64,000 nt of DNA from Octopus sinensis (lineage: Eukaryota): NCBI RefSeq assembly GCF_006345805.1, contig NC_043001.1, positions 60,450,001 through 60,514,000 of the forward strand, written 5' to 3'. Positions 27,400-40,795 of the stretch are shown here, piece by piece. A program made the position numbers and the translations under genes. Below the pieces are notes generated by a model. The model was not told the origin of the DNA and ran no database searches. It worked only from the letters and a program-made list of their open reading frames with translations. Each line of letters opens with the position of its first letter. Position 1 is the stretch's first letter.

Positions 27400-29420
27400 G
27401 TTGTATGGAAGGTCATTAAGAATATGTACCTCTTCAGAAGTTTGCTACTGATTCGTAGGATATTGTTCTCATCACATTTCAGTTATAAGTTAACGTATCT
27501 ATTTCTGCTGCTGTTGTTTAGTAAGTGGTGTCTAAGAGAGACTATACAGCAGTCAAAGACTGTTTGAACTGATCTTAAACCAGTACCTCCTTTATCGCCT
27601 CTTATATAGAACCTGTCAATATCAATATTTATTCCTGTGGTGATTTCCAGTTGATGTCAGTATCTTGCGTGTTTTAATGTCTGTAGTGTAGATTTCATCC
27701 ACAGACCAGTGAAGTATCCCAAATATTGGAATCACGCACTGGTTCTCTAAATGAATTGCGGGATGTCGTCTTGTTGTAACAATAGAATTTCGACTGCCAT
27801 ACTTTGCTAACTTTGTCATAATATTTTTGCCTCACTCTATCATTATTCGCACTAACTTCCTATAACATGTTTTCCTCAGTGCCACGGCTATTGTGTGGGA
27901 CAGGAGAAGGAGACATAGTGAAACGACTAATACCAAAATTAACAGAATTGCTGAAAGTTGATCTTGGTGGAATAATCTTTTTGAATTTTTTATAAAATTG
28001 GAGACGATCGTTCCGCTCTCATTTCTAAGTGTAAAAATTATTGCCCAGTTCTTTGTGAGCTTCTCAATGGCAGCAATTGAGATAGCAGGCACTTTTGCCA
28101 AATGCAGACACTTCAGCAGCCTTGAGTGGGGAATAGAGACAAATGCCTTCCTATAACCAAGCATACTGTTACAATGTTCCTACGATGTTCTATATTTTTT
28201 TTGTACTGTAATCAGTACAGTTTTTTTTTATCAAAAGACTAGCAGTATCGCCCGGCGTTGCTCAGGTTTGTAAGGGAAATAACTATAAAGCATTTTTAGA
28301 GAGTTATAGCCAAAAAATAGCAAAAAAATGATGGTAAATTTTTTTTTAGTTAAAAAAGGTGGACTTGCGTCCCCTAGACAGTTTGTGTTTCTGATTCTCG
28401 ACCCCATGTCGAATTCATCGATTTTTTTCAGAACTGGGGGAACTTTTCAAACTTTTTGCTGCGTTAGTTTTGAATTATGACATTGGGCTATGTGTGTGTC
28501 AAGTTTCATCAGAATCGGTTGAAAGCCGTGGTCAGAGTGAGGGTACAAGCAAACAGACACACAGAAACACGCACAGACAAACTGCCGTTTATATAGAGAG
28601 AGATTTTCGGCACAACCCTACACTCACTTATTTCCAGCAGCTTATTCATTACTCACTATGCTGAGCTCACAATGTTCATGGAGTAGTCGTTCGAGATATC
28701 TTGTGTACAGTTTGTACATAATGTTTCGGCAAGCAAAGGTTTATAGTTTTCAACCAACCCGGTAGTTGCATAATGTTTGCATTCAGACAATATTTGGTTG
28801 GTTCAGACTGGCTATATTTCTTGAATTGGACATACTGAAGTTACTAAAAAAGTTCAGTTATATCCCTGTACAGAATGAGATATTATATTTGGTGGATACG
28901 TGGACAAATTCTCGCGGAATATATTTCAGTGTAATAGAGAAACCGGTGGCTGCGGCATTTAATGTGTGTTTCTGCGTGGGTGTAAGGCTGCGTGGTGTGT
29001 TAGAAAAAGATACAGAGGACATCTACTGAGACGTGTAAAGATGATTAATTGGGTTCGCAACCCACAGAGCCATTGTTACTGAGTAATCGATTACAATATG
29101 ATTCTGCATCCTTAGTGGAAATACGTTGCGTACAAGACCCGACAGATCGGCTGAAGTTTATGGTGCAAGAAATCTTGAAACTGGGCAATGCATGAATGTA
29201 TTCTTTTGCAGCAGACAGGATAGTGGTTTGGAAAGCTCTGGCCTGCTTGTGCTAAGAAGCTTTAGAGGTTGACAAGATTTTGAAGGCGTTACACGCAAAT
29301 TTTTGTCACACCAGGTTGAGCGAAGCTATGGTTGAATTTTGCACTTGATTGGGGACCCGATGTTGTTGTTGTTATGTGTGTGATGTGGGGAGACATGTCA
29401 TGAAGGATAATTTTAGTTAT
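27400..29420 (-). mobile_element. R4/Dong-clade non-LTR retrotransposon RT fragment, interrupted by a Helitron-like insert
   Basis: LGYRKAFVSIPHSRL (cf. LDYKKAFDSVPHSW), RLFHQDQLSAILL (RGIFQGDSLSPLL), FGILHWSVDEI..DIKTRKILT; upstream ENYKPLL..NIMYKLYT near 28710-28760. Confidence 0.75.
28239..28603 (-). mobile_element. Short non-autonomous Helitron-type element
   Basis: On the minus strand it starts A|TCTCTCTCTATATAAA and ends with hairpin CCTGAGCAACGCCGGG followed by ..CTAG|T. Confidence 0.75.
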
Positions 29421-29615
29421 TAACGAGTCTGATATCTCAAGATTGACATGTTTGTGTTACAAGGGATATTTGTCATAACGTCGGCTTTCTCGATGTGTTC
29501 TAGAGTGCGTAGTAATTATGTCCTGTAAAATCGCTGAAAGGCAAAGTCGACCTCGGTGGAATAATAATAATAATAATATAATAATAATAATAATAATAAT
29601 AATATTAATAATAAA

Positions 29616-30570
29616 GATAACAAGAGCACTCAGAGACCACAACCTCCATCAATGCAACACCAACGTCCTATCAACGATTAACCACAGAGGATTTTTAAAA
29701 TGAGAATATCTGAAGTGAATTCCTTAAATGAATATTATGAGACCTATCAGTTTTCTCTTCTGTTAAATTCTGGTCTTCCTTTAGTAATCCTGTTGTTTTA
29801 GATCGATGTGTATAGCTATGTGTATATGTAAGTATACTGCAATGTATTAAAATGTATGTATAATCTCCTAATATAATAGTTAGCGTTGTATATATATATA
29901 CATACATAAATTAGTGTAAATTTCAACACATGACAGGTGACCCTTAACAGGCAGCCTTACATGCTAGAAGTAGCAGTCAAAACGACCAAAACTACATTTA
30001 GGAGGAATTTCGAAGGGAATCAAAAATAAAAACTTTTTCCATGCTTTCTTTTTTTACAGGCATGCCTAGATTTCGAACTCTAATGAGCAAATAAAATAAT
30101 TTGCTGGGCGAAGTTCTCACATATATATATATATATATATATATATTAGAGCCGGAATGAGAGGTGAAGGCAGGGGAGATAAATGCCAAATATAGCGTTG
30201 TATAAAAAAGAAAGGAGCGATATATGAATAATGAGAAAGGAGTGAAAATGCCGATAAACGGCGTTTGCAGTGTGAGGATATGTGTGTGTGTAAAGAGAGA
30301 TATGTTTGCGTGTGTGTATGTGTGTGCGTGTACAAGCGACCTACGTGAAACTTTACATTTACATGTAAAGTAAAAAGAAAAATAATCTGGAATCCTTGTC
30401 CGGTACCGCATCGATCCCAACATTTAACGTGACCGTACCAGTCACGAGGTCAAACTTTCCTGAATGTTTCATCCGAATCCATGCTGCCGTTCTTTAGATA
30501 TCTTGACCCACCCCCCCAAAAAAAACACGATTGAAAACAATACCACCGATTTCGCAACGGCGCAGGTAAT
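29616..30570 (+). mobile_element. Probable Helentron/DINE-1-like non-autonomous element (decayed)
   Basis: Begins 'aacaagagcactcagaga..caacctcc' and ends 'tttcatccgaatcc..gaaaacaatacc..ggcgcaggtaat', termini recalled for this class; no ORF. Confidence 0.4.
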
Positions 30571-30621
30571 TATGATAATATTTTATAATGTTAAAGCTTA
30601 TAAAAAATTATTATTAGTTAC

Positions 30622-30672
<51 letters not shown>

Positions 30673-31589
30673 CTCCCATACATATATATACATATATGCA
30701 AATTAATAATGATATTTCCCCAAGAAAGCGAATACTTCCCCCAATGGCTACTGACATATTTGCTGAGGTTTTAGGAATTTCATTGGTGAATTCACTGCTC
30801 AATATACATAATTGAAGGGATTTGCTGTTGTATATCTATAAATGTGACGTTTATTATTCACTACATTGCAGAGTATTTTTCTTTTACTTAGTTTGGGAAA
30901 TCTACGTGGACATTAACTGGAATTTTGAAAACGCGCTGTCTTGTAATCCGGGGAACATACATACCAGAAATATTATTGAGAACTCAATGTAATACCAGCA
31001 TTCCTGATCAGCTCCTGTGTAGCATTTTGTATGTGTTATAAAATATGGATTTAATATCCGATTTAGTACAAGCGTTACCATCTCTGAGCAGTTTCAGGAG
31101 ATATACCCTTGGAATATGGTTTCCTGTTATTTCAATCCACAATGGATTGTGTAAAACTGTAAAATAAAATTATCAGAGTATATATATTTTGATGCAAATA
31201 ACATTTCATTCTGCAAGCTATTTATTATTCTGAAGCTTTCCCTAGATGAGTGATGACAATGTCGAAACGCGCGCATCTTATATTTCATTTCTACAGGCGA
31301 CATTTGAAATATCACCGACAAATCCTGTATAATTTCCAATTGTCTATATCCTCTGGTAATATCTGTCATATTTTTAGTTAATAGCTGTCATATGCTAATG
31401 GCCAGAATTTAATTCATTCAGCAAGATTTTGCCCTGTAACGTCTCAAAAGTTCATCCAAGCAATATTTCCCATTATTTTTCAACAACCCGAATTGACAGC
31501 CTAAATTTTCAAACATTGTTAACCATACAACTAAAATAATATAACCTTTCAGTCTAAATTTTAATTCATCATATTGCCAGAACGCCAAT

Positions 31590-31740
31590 TTCGGAAGGAG
31601 GGGAGTAAGTCGATTGTGTAGATCTTAGTGCTCAACTGGTACTTATATTATCGGCCCAAAAGGATAAAAAGGAAAGTTGACTTCGGCAACGGATGAAATG
31701 CCAAAAGGCATGTTGCCCAGCGTGCGAAATTTATATGCTG
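31590..31740 (-). mobile_element. tRNA-derived SINE fragment
   Basis: 'agtcgatt..caactggtactta..aaagttgacttcggc..ttgcccagcgtgc' matches the reverse complement of the 3.5-3.9 kb SINEs. Confidence 0.6.
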
Positions 31741-34149
31741 CAACATTTTTTTTCTTATATAAACACAGACGGATCTTGCAGAAGTTGGCATTTGATATGC
31801 GAGATATCTCTCATAAACAATTGTAATGATATGGCTTATATAGTTTTTTAATGAATGTGATTCATATATATTTGAAGATTTAGAAGCATTTTCCATATAT
31901 GTGGATAAGAGTTTTGCTATTTCCCCTCTACTAATTCTAGATACAATGGACGTGATTTCAAGAATACATTCTATACTGGGTTAGTGATTAAGCCTAGTGT
32001 TATAAACCGCCACTGAATTGAGCACATACAAATCAAATTACAATTTTTTAAAATCTCCTGGTGTGTGTTTAACAGATTTGCACGATAAATTTCCTTATGT
32101 ACTCTAAAAGAAATAGGACTTTTTAAAGGCATTTTTGCGCTCCTGCTAAAACCAAGAAAATTGCCATAACATGTCATCTTTGAGGACCCATCAATACCTA
32201 TATTACAGGATTAAATGAATCGATGTTGTCAACAAATGTTTTACTCAATACATCTCGCTTGTGCTTTTCCTTTCCCAGACGACACTGCACAATCTTTAAG
32301 AACAAAACATTAAATTATTGAAAAATTAATTAGTATCGGTAGAAACAGTGTTGATAGTAAAAGTTAATCTTTATACCCATCTCAATCTTTATATCCAATT
32401 TAAAATGGATGTCTTGTTAGAACGCCTAATACTGCCTTTCATATAGTCACTTGGTGCACAAAACCTTACACGTCGATCGTAGAAGACGAAATTCGTCTGT
32501 CGTTGGCACTGGGTTCCCATATTCGATGATTTCTGTCTATTGAACATTTCACTTGTAATTTCTGTTTCAGGTATCTCCTGACATTTTTATGGCCCTTTGA
32601 TCTATTTGTATACTCCCTTCGCCTCGAAGGTTTATATTCATTATGCATCTTTTGTGTCCCTAGTTACATTACATTCGTTGTCATAAAATTGATAATTCAT
32701 TTTATTGTCTTTTTGTCCTGTTTTTTTATCCGTTACATTTTCACATTATCAAGATTTTCATGTAATATGCCGTTATTTTGTTCTGTTATCTTATATATAA
32801 AATAGACCTGTGTGCGAAAACGGCTGTGCGATTTGGTTCCATATTTGGAGTACATGAATAATTTGACCTCGGATACATAAAAGGGTCCTAATTTTATTGT
32901 TTTATTAAAAATAAATAATATTGCATTATATATATGATTCACTTCTTTGAAAATTATTTTCAAACTCAAATTCCGGTATTGCTGGCTTCCGGTATACGGA
33001 GCTTTTGAATGGTAGCACTTACATGTGCAAGTTGTTTGCAAGACATCAACGGTTACAGGCAAAATGTTATGTTTTCATTTTCGAATTCACCCACTCTCTA
33101 TTTTAATGTTATGATTTCAAGTTTTAATTTTTTTTTTGCAAACAACTACGATAAATTAGTGAAAGAAATATTTACTAAGCGAGTGAGAATTTTTAAAAAT
33201 TAATGTTTTCAAGAAAATTTACTTTCTGAACTTCCTTGTATCATTGGATATTTAAATATTCGGTACAAGATAGTTTTTAACACGCTTTTATTTATACGAT
33301 TTTTTCATTCCATGGTTATTTCATTCATTGTTCCCACTATTATCTCTCCAACACTCTCTGTCTGTCTGTCTGTCTCCCCTCTCTCTCTCTCTCATACACA
33401 CACAGTGCCTCTCTAATATAAGCACATGCACACACAATCCCGGTTTGATTTTGATAACATTAGAATTTTGCAATTCAACATAGGCCGTCCCCAAAAAAAC
33501 GGCCATTCTTTCACTTGAACCCATAAACCTCTTAATTACTGTAAATATTTTATATTTATTTACTTTTTGCACACTGTGTTCAGCTCTATGTATTTGTAGC
33601 CAACTATACATGCACACAAGCGTTCTTGTATGTACATCTGTGTACATTTATGCATGAGTGTCTGTTGGGGTGTGTATGTGTGCGTGTGGGCGATCACACA
33701 AACACAGGGATAAAAGAAATGTACAGAACTTTCGGGTCTTAGGACAGCAACAGCACGATGGAGTGAGAGGATGGGTCTGAGGAAAAAGCCATAATTCTGC
33801 TAAGAACAATGACATGCACACAAGCATACATGCACACATACACACACATGCACGCACACAAACTCGGATGCAAACGCATGCGCACATAGGGGTACACATC
33901 TTAGAAAAACAGAATGGAGTAAGTGCATCAAGAGCACACAAGAAAACGAAACGTGTCGCTAAAACGGTCACAGTTGTATGATGAAAGATTTCCTACAATG
34001 GACATGAGTTAAAATTTAAAATGATACGAACAACAATAAACGAGTGAAGAACAAATATATTAGTGCGTGTATTTGTTTGGTAAAAAATGACCATCTCTAA
34101 ATACAACGATGTATGTATATGTATATATATATATATAAAGTTTTTTTAA

Positions 34150-35472
34150 AAGAATATTTCTGTAGTAGTGTTCAGATATAAGTAGCATTCTGCCTTTCTC
34201 TGACTCCCTTGTTTGCACTTGTGTGTTCGAGGTCGTTTTGAGTTCTTGGTAGGATAGGTGAAGAATAATGAGGCTGATGTGGAGAGGGGGTGGGGAAATC
34301 TGGGAATGCCTTAATGGTCGTATTTTGAATGGTCAGTGGCTGACAGTAGTCGCAGTTCAATTCAGGAATTGTTTATGGAATTTGCGTAGGCGTTATACTG
34401 AAAGACATTAGTGACAAGGTTAAGGGTGGAAGGTGGAGAAGTAGAAGAAGAAGAAGATGACGATGTTGATGATGATGATGATGAAGAAGAAGAAGAAGAA
34501 GGAGAAGGAGAAGGAGAAGATGGTGGTGATGATGGTGGTGATGATGATGACGACGACGATGATGATAATGATGATGATGAAGAAGAAGAGGAAGAAGAAG
34601 AAGAAGAAAAAAACAGAGAAGGGAGAATATGATTGGGTGTAAGTATAGCTGTGATGGGGCTGATTAGTAATGGATTCTATGGAGTGTAATATTTGTGTGT
34701 GTATATATTTCTTTTATTCTAAAGTTGAGGTATATTAATTGTTTGTCGTAGACCCGTTAAGAAGTGGCTTGTATTTTGTAATAAAGAGATTTCTTTACTT
34801 ATTCGTTGTCTCGAGGTTGTATCGTCCCTAAATTGGTAGAGGGGGAAAATTCTGAAGTTTGGTGTTTTTTTGTTGGCGCAAGTATCTATGTGTTGGCTAA
34901 AAGCTATTTTTCTGTTTTGGGGAATTTTTATCTGGGATCTGTGCAGGGCCATTCGTTTACGCAAACCATTTTTTGTTTGGCCTATGTACTGCTCTTGACA
35001 CCCAGAGCAGGTTAGTGAGTATATTAGGTTCTCCGAAGCACATGTGAAGTTGCTTTTCACTGTAAACCGTTGTCCCTGTTTGAAGGAGAACTCTGATCCC
35101 TCAATTAGATAGTCGCATATCCCGCAATTGGGTCTTCCACATTTTTTTACTGTCGGCTTCTGTGTTGAAGAGTGAATTCGGGCTTGTGTAAGGAGACTTT
35201 TCATGGATCTAGGCTGTCTTTTGCTTTTTATGATCGTGTGTGTTTGGAGGATTGTGTTCATTCTGTGGTCTTTTTTTAGGAGGGGTATGTTGTGGAGGAT
35301 GGTGTCGAAGGCCTCGTTATTGAGAGGGTTGTGTGTGGAGATGTATGGTAAGGCTTTTGGTTGTAAGTTTTTCTTTGATTTGGGATGTCTCAGTTCCTTG
35401 ATGTTAAGTTGAAGGGCACGTTGAATGCACTTGTCAATAAGTGAAGGTGGATAGTTCCTGGTGATAAGGGTA
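34150..35472 (-). mobile_element. 5'-truncated Penelope-like element, GIY-YIG endonuclease domain plus 3' region
   Basis: ORF 34719..35261(-): KCGRPNCGIC..FTCASENLIYSLTCSGCQEQYIGQTKNGLRKRMALHRSQI..FSQH; 5' end abuts (TA)n. Confidence 0.9.
34435..34612. repeat. Mixed GAA/GAT/GGT trinucleotide repeat
   Basis: Directly visible simple repeat. Confidence 0.9.
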
Positions 35473-35517
35473 TCTATCTATCTATATATATATATATTAT
35501 ATATATATATATATATA

Positions 35518-35576
<59 letters not shown>

Positions 35577-35578
<2 letters not shown>

Positions 35579-36112
35579 GAAAAGAGTGAAAAAACTACAG
35601 AAGGCTTGTTTTATAAGATGAAAGGATATATTTAAGTCGTTATGTTAGAAAAATGTTAGAAAATTTTGTGTATATTAACATACTTTTTGGAGAAATAACC
35701 AGTTTCGTGTAAACTTTTCAAATTTCTCAAATGTCTTTACCTACATCGTGTCAAGTCTTCGTTAAGAAGTGCAAAGAAGAGTTCCAGGCAGGGGAAGGTA
35801 ATAAGGGATTTATTTCGGTATAAGGGAGATGATCGCTTTTTTTAATGAGATGAGTTTCTCTGTATAAGAATGTTAGGATGGTTAAGTTCTGGCTTATATT
35901 TTTCAATGAAGAATGTTTCCTTGTTTAATCTAATTTGTGTTGGTGTTCCAATAGCACATTGATACAATGGAAAGATTAAAAATTGTGGTAGTAGTTGCTT
36001 TGCGCATTTCTCAATATGCTCACTAAAGGGTATCATTCTGTATTCTGGGAATGCAATCTGTTGTCGATGCAGAGTGCAACTGCGTCTGAGTGATAATCCC
36101 GTGGACCCTACG
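35577..36112 (-). mobile_element. Penelope-like element 3' fragment (GIY-YIG C-terminal half)
   Basis: YVGSTGLSLRRSCTLHRQQIAFPEYRMIPFSEHIEKCA..IFPLYQ..KETFFIEKYKPELN, homologous to the 34.7-35.3 kb ORF. Confidence 0.85.
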
Positions 36113-36237
36113 TATAGACATATATACGTCTGTTTATATATAAGTGGGGATGGGCAAACAGCAGTCTTGAAGGAACCTTAATTCTATGATATGCAGAGAG
36201 TTTCAAATAGTATTTTAAATAGAATATATGAAAATTA

Positions 36238-37420
36238 GGGTTATGTAACTTTTCGCTCTCCCCCTCCGCATACACCCTCTTCAATTAAATACCATCATTT
36301 TCTAAATTAATCTCTAACACATATATACTAAATTGCTTATGCATATGAAACATTCGATCATATTTCACTTTTGAAACCATGTTAAAAATATCTGATGAGT
36401 CAAGTAAGCAAAAACATTGAAACAGAGCATTTTGTAGGTAGATACCCTTCCAACTTGGTGGTAAAATTACAACTTTTCAATATGAGTGAAATTTTTTTTT
36501 TCAGAAAATGTATACGTTCGTTAAATGATTTTCTTTTCATTTTCAGATTATTTCAGAACTAAATCGTATTATAATTTTACAAAAATATCTAAATGATTTT
36601 AAACTGTAATAATTTACGCATATAAAATAGTAGAATGGCAACTAGATGTAAAAGCCGTAATTCAACATTTTGATTTCCTGTAGAGTTTCCTACAGCAATG
36701 ACCCCATCAAAAGCTAATGTATTCCGACATTATTTATACGTAAGAAAACGTGAAGAACCCATATCAAAAACTTCAAACACAGCGAAAGAATACTACTGCA
36801 TTGTTGCTGAAGATGTGTGAATAATATGGGGAAATTTTCTTTTCCTTATATTGGGTTTCAAGGAATAGCTCTAAGAATTGAGATATTGATTGAATCTGCT
36901 TATAAATTAAACAAAATATTTGTCAAGCAGAGGAGATAGTTTTGTTGAGGCATTAAAGGAGCTCAATGAAATGTGTGACATATGCACCTGTACGTGTTAT
37001 GACAAACAAATAAAAAGATCTGAGTGTCATAGACAATACATCTTCCTTGTCATAGCCAAGAAGTCTAGGATGCTATCAATTTAGTGTCAAAAGCTTCTGA
37101 AGTCAGAATATGCTACAAAAATAGGCGCAAATTCATATTAAATTCATATTAAATCTAAAAAAGTTTACCTAACTTTGATGGTCATTTAATAAAATAGTAA
37201 ATGCTACTATTGCTTATTTTATGGTGTTCGTGCAGTTCGGTTGAGGTTCCTGTATATTTTTTTATTGTGTATTATAACAGTCATTATGAATTTACATTTT
37301 CTTAACGTTGAAAGCGCTTTTCTGAATATAGGCATTTGTTATAAATACAAATTGATACAAACTATATGAATAAAGATTCCAATAACTGCTTTTTTCAGGT
37401 GAGATGGAGGGGAGGTTGAA
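36238..37420 (+). mobile_element. Internally deleted DNA transposon remnant (hAT-like; superfamily tentative)
   Basis: N-terminal MATRCKS..FPTAMTPSKANVFRHYL..VAEDV*IIW..CDICTCTC and C-terminal PCHSQEV*DAINLVSKAS (cf. PCHTQAVER.VKLVTEAS); central catalytic region missing. Confidence 0.5.
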
Positions 37421-37422
37421 TG

Positions 37423-38045
37423 TCTATATCTATAAAACAGTCCTTGTACGAAAATTGTATGCACATTTTGCTTTGACGGTTAATGGCGGCCAAACCGATG
37501 CTAGGATCGAGCTGAAAATTGGCAGAGATAGTAAATGCTTGGTGAGGATGAGACACGTGATGGTTAAAATTCGAAAGCTATAAAGATGTGGTTGCTATGG
37601 CAAAAAGAGTGAAGATTTATCGTCTTTAAATGGATTTTGACAAGTGTTTGTTGTTTCTCACTTACGGTTATCACACTTTCTTCTTCCGTCTCTCTCTTGC
37701 CCCCTTCCCTCCTGTTTATCTCTATAACGGCTTTTGACAGTTTCTACTCACTCTCTTTCTCTCTGTCTCTCTTTCTTCCCCAACCTCTCTCTCTCTCTCT
37801 CTCTGTACGTCTTTCTGAATCTATAGAGAGAAAGCGTTGACAGCCGTAAGTGTGATTAATCGAGAGGAATAAAATAGCAAATAATTATATTGTGTCGGAA
37901 ATATATTTCACTCTCTTGAAGTTTAAATATTCCCGCTACAGGGCTTTTAGAATGGTGAATTATTATCGCCCACCACCACCGCACAATAATGATAACAGAT
38001 ATGATTAACCACATATTTATTATGTTAATTTATATATATATGTGC

Positions 38046-38092
<47 letters not shown>

Positions 38093-38460
38093 ATTTATAT
38101 ATGATGTGTGTATATATATATATATAAAGTGTATATATCGATATTTGAATATATATATGTGTGTGTGTATGTATATAATGCGTATATATGTACATATATA
38201 TTTAATGCGTATGTATATATATAATGTGTGCATATGTGGTTGGATTGAGCTGAAAATGTGTACACCTATGTTAAAAGTGCTGGCAAGTTTGCATAGCAAT
38301 TTTGAATTTGCTCATTTGAAACGCGTCGCTTCCAGAGCAACATTCTTCATCTTTTAAACTTTGGCCCGCGTAGACCCGAATGAAACCTGGTTAAAATACC
38401 GAAAAAAGTAAAACAATAATAAACTATTTTAATCTCGAGCAAGGTCGGGTTTGTAACTTA
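37423..38460 (+). mobile_element. Helitron-type non-autonomous element related to 19662-21970
   Basis: Shared blocks 'tttgacaagtgt', 'aattattatcgcc', 'gagctgaaaat..ttaaaagtgctggc.agtttgcat', 'tagacccgaatgaaa'; TC start and decayed 3' hairpin CTCGAGCAAGGTCGGG. Confidence 0.6.
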
Positions 38461-40002
38461 TATAAATCTTAACAGTTTTTGTGCCTGGTCTTCTAGAAGA
38501 ACGTGGTTTATCAAGGGTTCTTGATTATGGTTTGTTAGGTATGAAGTTGTCATTAGAGTTATAATTTCTGATGTGTTCTCTAGTGTCGCCAATTTAAAGT
38601 CTTACTGCTTTTAAATAAAAAGAAGTCTTTTGTGTCTTGAAATGAAATTACATTTCGTCTTAATATATAGAGTATAAATTACTGATTCAATATGTCTTGA
38701 CGAAAACGGGTTTTTGTTACTCATCGTAAGATTTTTTCTTCGTTTAAATATTCTGTGTTTGAGACTATCCCTTATGCGTTTGTGATAATTATGAAAGTGA
38801 CTCGTTTTAAAAGACTCTACTATTTGTGAATTTGATTTGTGCAGTTTTATTTTTTAAAGACTGGTTTTCGGTATCATTTTGTTTCCTTACCTTTTTCCTT
38901 ACCTCCTCCGCTTTGCTCGTCAAGTTGATCATCGGGCTTCTTCGACTTTTCCACATCCATTCATGCGCACGTACATTTGTAACCTATGCAGTAAACATAT
39001 AATCAGGCCATGTTTGACTATTTCTCAGTAAATTGCAAGCATGACGAACTTTATTCAGTTCTCATTAGACGTGTCTTTGTCACTTAACCAAACCCGGATA
39101 AAGAAATTACTAATCCGTTCATAAACAGAAAAATACAATAGCTTCAGAGAACTGAAGCGACTAATTTGCATTCGATAATTATTTAACACTTAACACCAGC
39201 AACTTATGCGGTCTTCGAATATTATTTGGTTCACAGACATACAAAGACACATATATGTATGCATATATCTATGTATAGATGGACATAGAAATATATATAT
39301 ATATATACATACATACATACAGGAAGAGAGAGAGACAGACAGAGTGGGAGGGAGGGGAGAGAGAATATAAAAGGGTTAACTTACCCTGAAGATAACGTAT
39401 TATCACACAAATTGGTACAGATGCCGGCTATCCACAACAGTCTATTAAATAGTATTCAAGCTAAAAGAAATACTTGTACTGGTAAGCTTCACCCCTATGT
39501 AGTTCCATGGATGAAATTGATAATTCATTTTATTCTCTCTTTGTCCTTGTTTTTATGTTTACGTAGTATACCGCTATTTAGTTCTGTTATATAATATATA
39601 ATATATGCTTTAAGAACTGTAAATATTACGTAGAGTAAATAACTGATAATGAAGAGGAGGGTGGAGATTTATTCACTTCCAAAACTTTTTTATCAAAACG
39701 TTTTCTACAGCATATATGACTCTGAACTACATATATTTTGGCTGCAGCGACTGCACATTGCCCTGTATGCAATTATGCATGCAAGACGCTGCAATTTTAT
39801 CAAGGGTACATCACTCACGACATTTTCAAATTGAGCTGATTCAAACAAGCGTCATGAGCTGGTATTCAGTTGAAGGCGATAGCCTTACTTTTTAAATCCA
39901 ATGGTATTCTGGTCTTATAATACATTGATTTATGTTAAGCGTGCTGTGAGCTGAACTGCCCACAACATCCCGGTTACTCATTGCAGCCACATGTGTAAGT
40001 AT

Positions 40003-40052
<50 letters not shown>

Positions 40053-40054
<2 letters not shown>

Positions 40055-40325
40055 CAATAATAAATCTCTGAACGAGATGTAAACAGTAACTGCTCGACAA
40101 CGTAAAGTATACTAGCCATCTCAATATGGCTAACTACTAAGGGTGCGTGTTACTGCAGCTTTTAGCCCCAGGAGATCATCTTCTCCAGCTGGCTCTAGGC
40201 TCATTTTCTGAGCCCTTATGGTATTTGCAAAGGGAGGTCATCCCTCTCTCGTAAACCGGTGATTGCCGTACGCCGAAGACAGGTAAATACCTCGAAACTG
40301 TAGTCCGTGCGTATCACTTAGGTTA
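40053..40325 (-). mobile_element. Diverged relative of the 43.6/48.1 kb hammerhead repeat, with internal inversion, inside (TA)n
   Basis: 40055-40263 aligns to the reverse complement of ~43657-43873; 40264-40322 switches strand and aligns to 43611-43668. Confidence 0.75.
40269..40309 (+). ncRNA. Degenerate minimal type I hammerhead motif
   Basis: UACG-CCGAAGA-C-AGGU(aaau)ACCU-C-GAAA-CU-GU-AG-UC-CGUG. Stems I-III pair; U4->C change and C.C at the base of stem II. Confidence 0.55.
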
Positions 40326-40541
40326 TATATACTATATATATATATATATAAGTATTAATTTATAAAAATATGGCAAAGTAAAAAAATTCACTTTACCACA
40401 CACCGAAATTTTCAGAAATAGCAGCCAAAAATTTGGCTATTTCTTCAACTGCAAATAAAAGTCTCCAGACAATGCATACTCAGAAAGTAACTCACATAGG
40501 TATAAGGGAAAAACAATGGAAGATCACATCCATATAAGATA

Positions 40542-40603
40542 CCCGAGGACAGCCTGTTTCTGGATTCGTGGGTTAAACGCCACTTTTCCTTCATCAGCTC
40601 AGA
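40542..40603 (-). ncRNA. Type I hammerhead ribozyme motif (inverted copy)
   Basis: Reverse complement of 40734-40795. Confidence 0.7.
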
Positions 40604-40733
40604 GATTTCTTCTGATTTAGATTTGAAAATACTAAGAATCAAACAGCTACAGTTTTTGCCTCTGTAGGAATGTACTACTCTATGACTCACGTGGGTGGAC
40701 AGGGAGAATAATAGATCTCATTTGTATCAGATC

Positions 40734-40795
40734 TCTGAGCTGATGAAGGAAAAGTGGCGTTTAACCCACGAATCCAGAAACAGGCTGTCCTCGGG
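40734..40795 (+). ncRNA. Type I hammerhead ribozyme motif
   Basis: (AGAUC)UCUGAG-CUGAUGA-A-GGA..GUGG(cguuuaac)CCAC..UCC-A-GAAA-CAG-G-CUG-UC-CUCGGG(UAUCU). Stem I extends to ~11 bp, stem III ACAG/CUGU, GUC triplet, A.A at the base of stem II. Confidence 0.7.

Noticed and set aside
31244-31278. AGATG..GAC AAT GTC GAAACGCG..CATCT hammerhead-like string (also weak ones at 1418-1450 and 9929-9965)
   Set aside because: The CUGANGA core and/or the NUH triplet are missing; cannot be supported without a family consensus.
34411-34642. Acidic poly-D/E and poly-M/K ORFs (also 25758-25985)
   Set aside because: Products of GAA/GAT trinucleotide repeats.
36391-36430. CTGATGAG...GAAAC possible hammerhead
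   Set aside because: No convincing stem I, II or III pairing.
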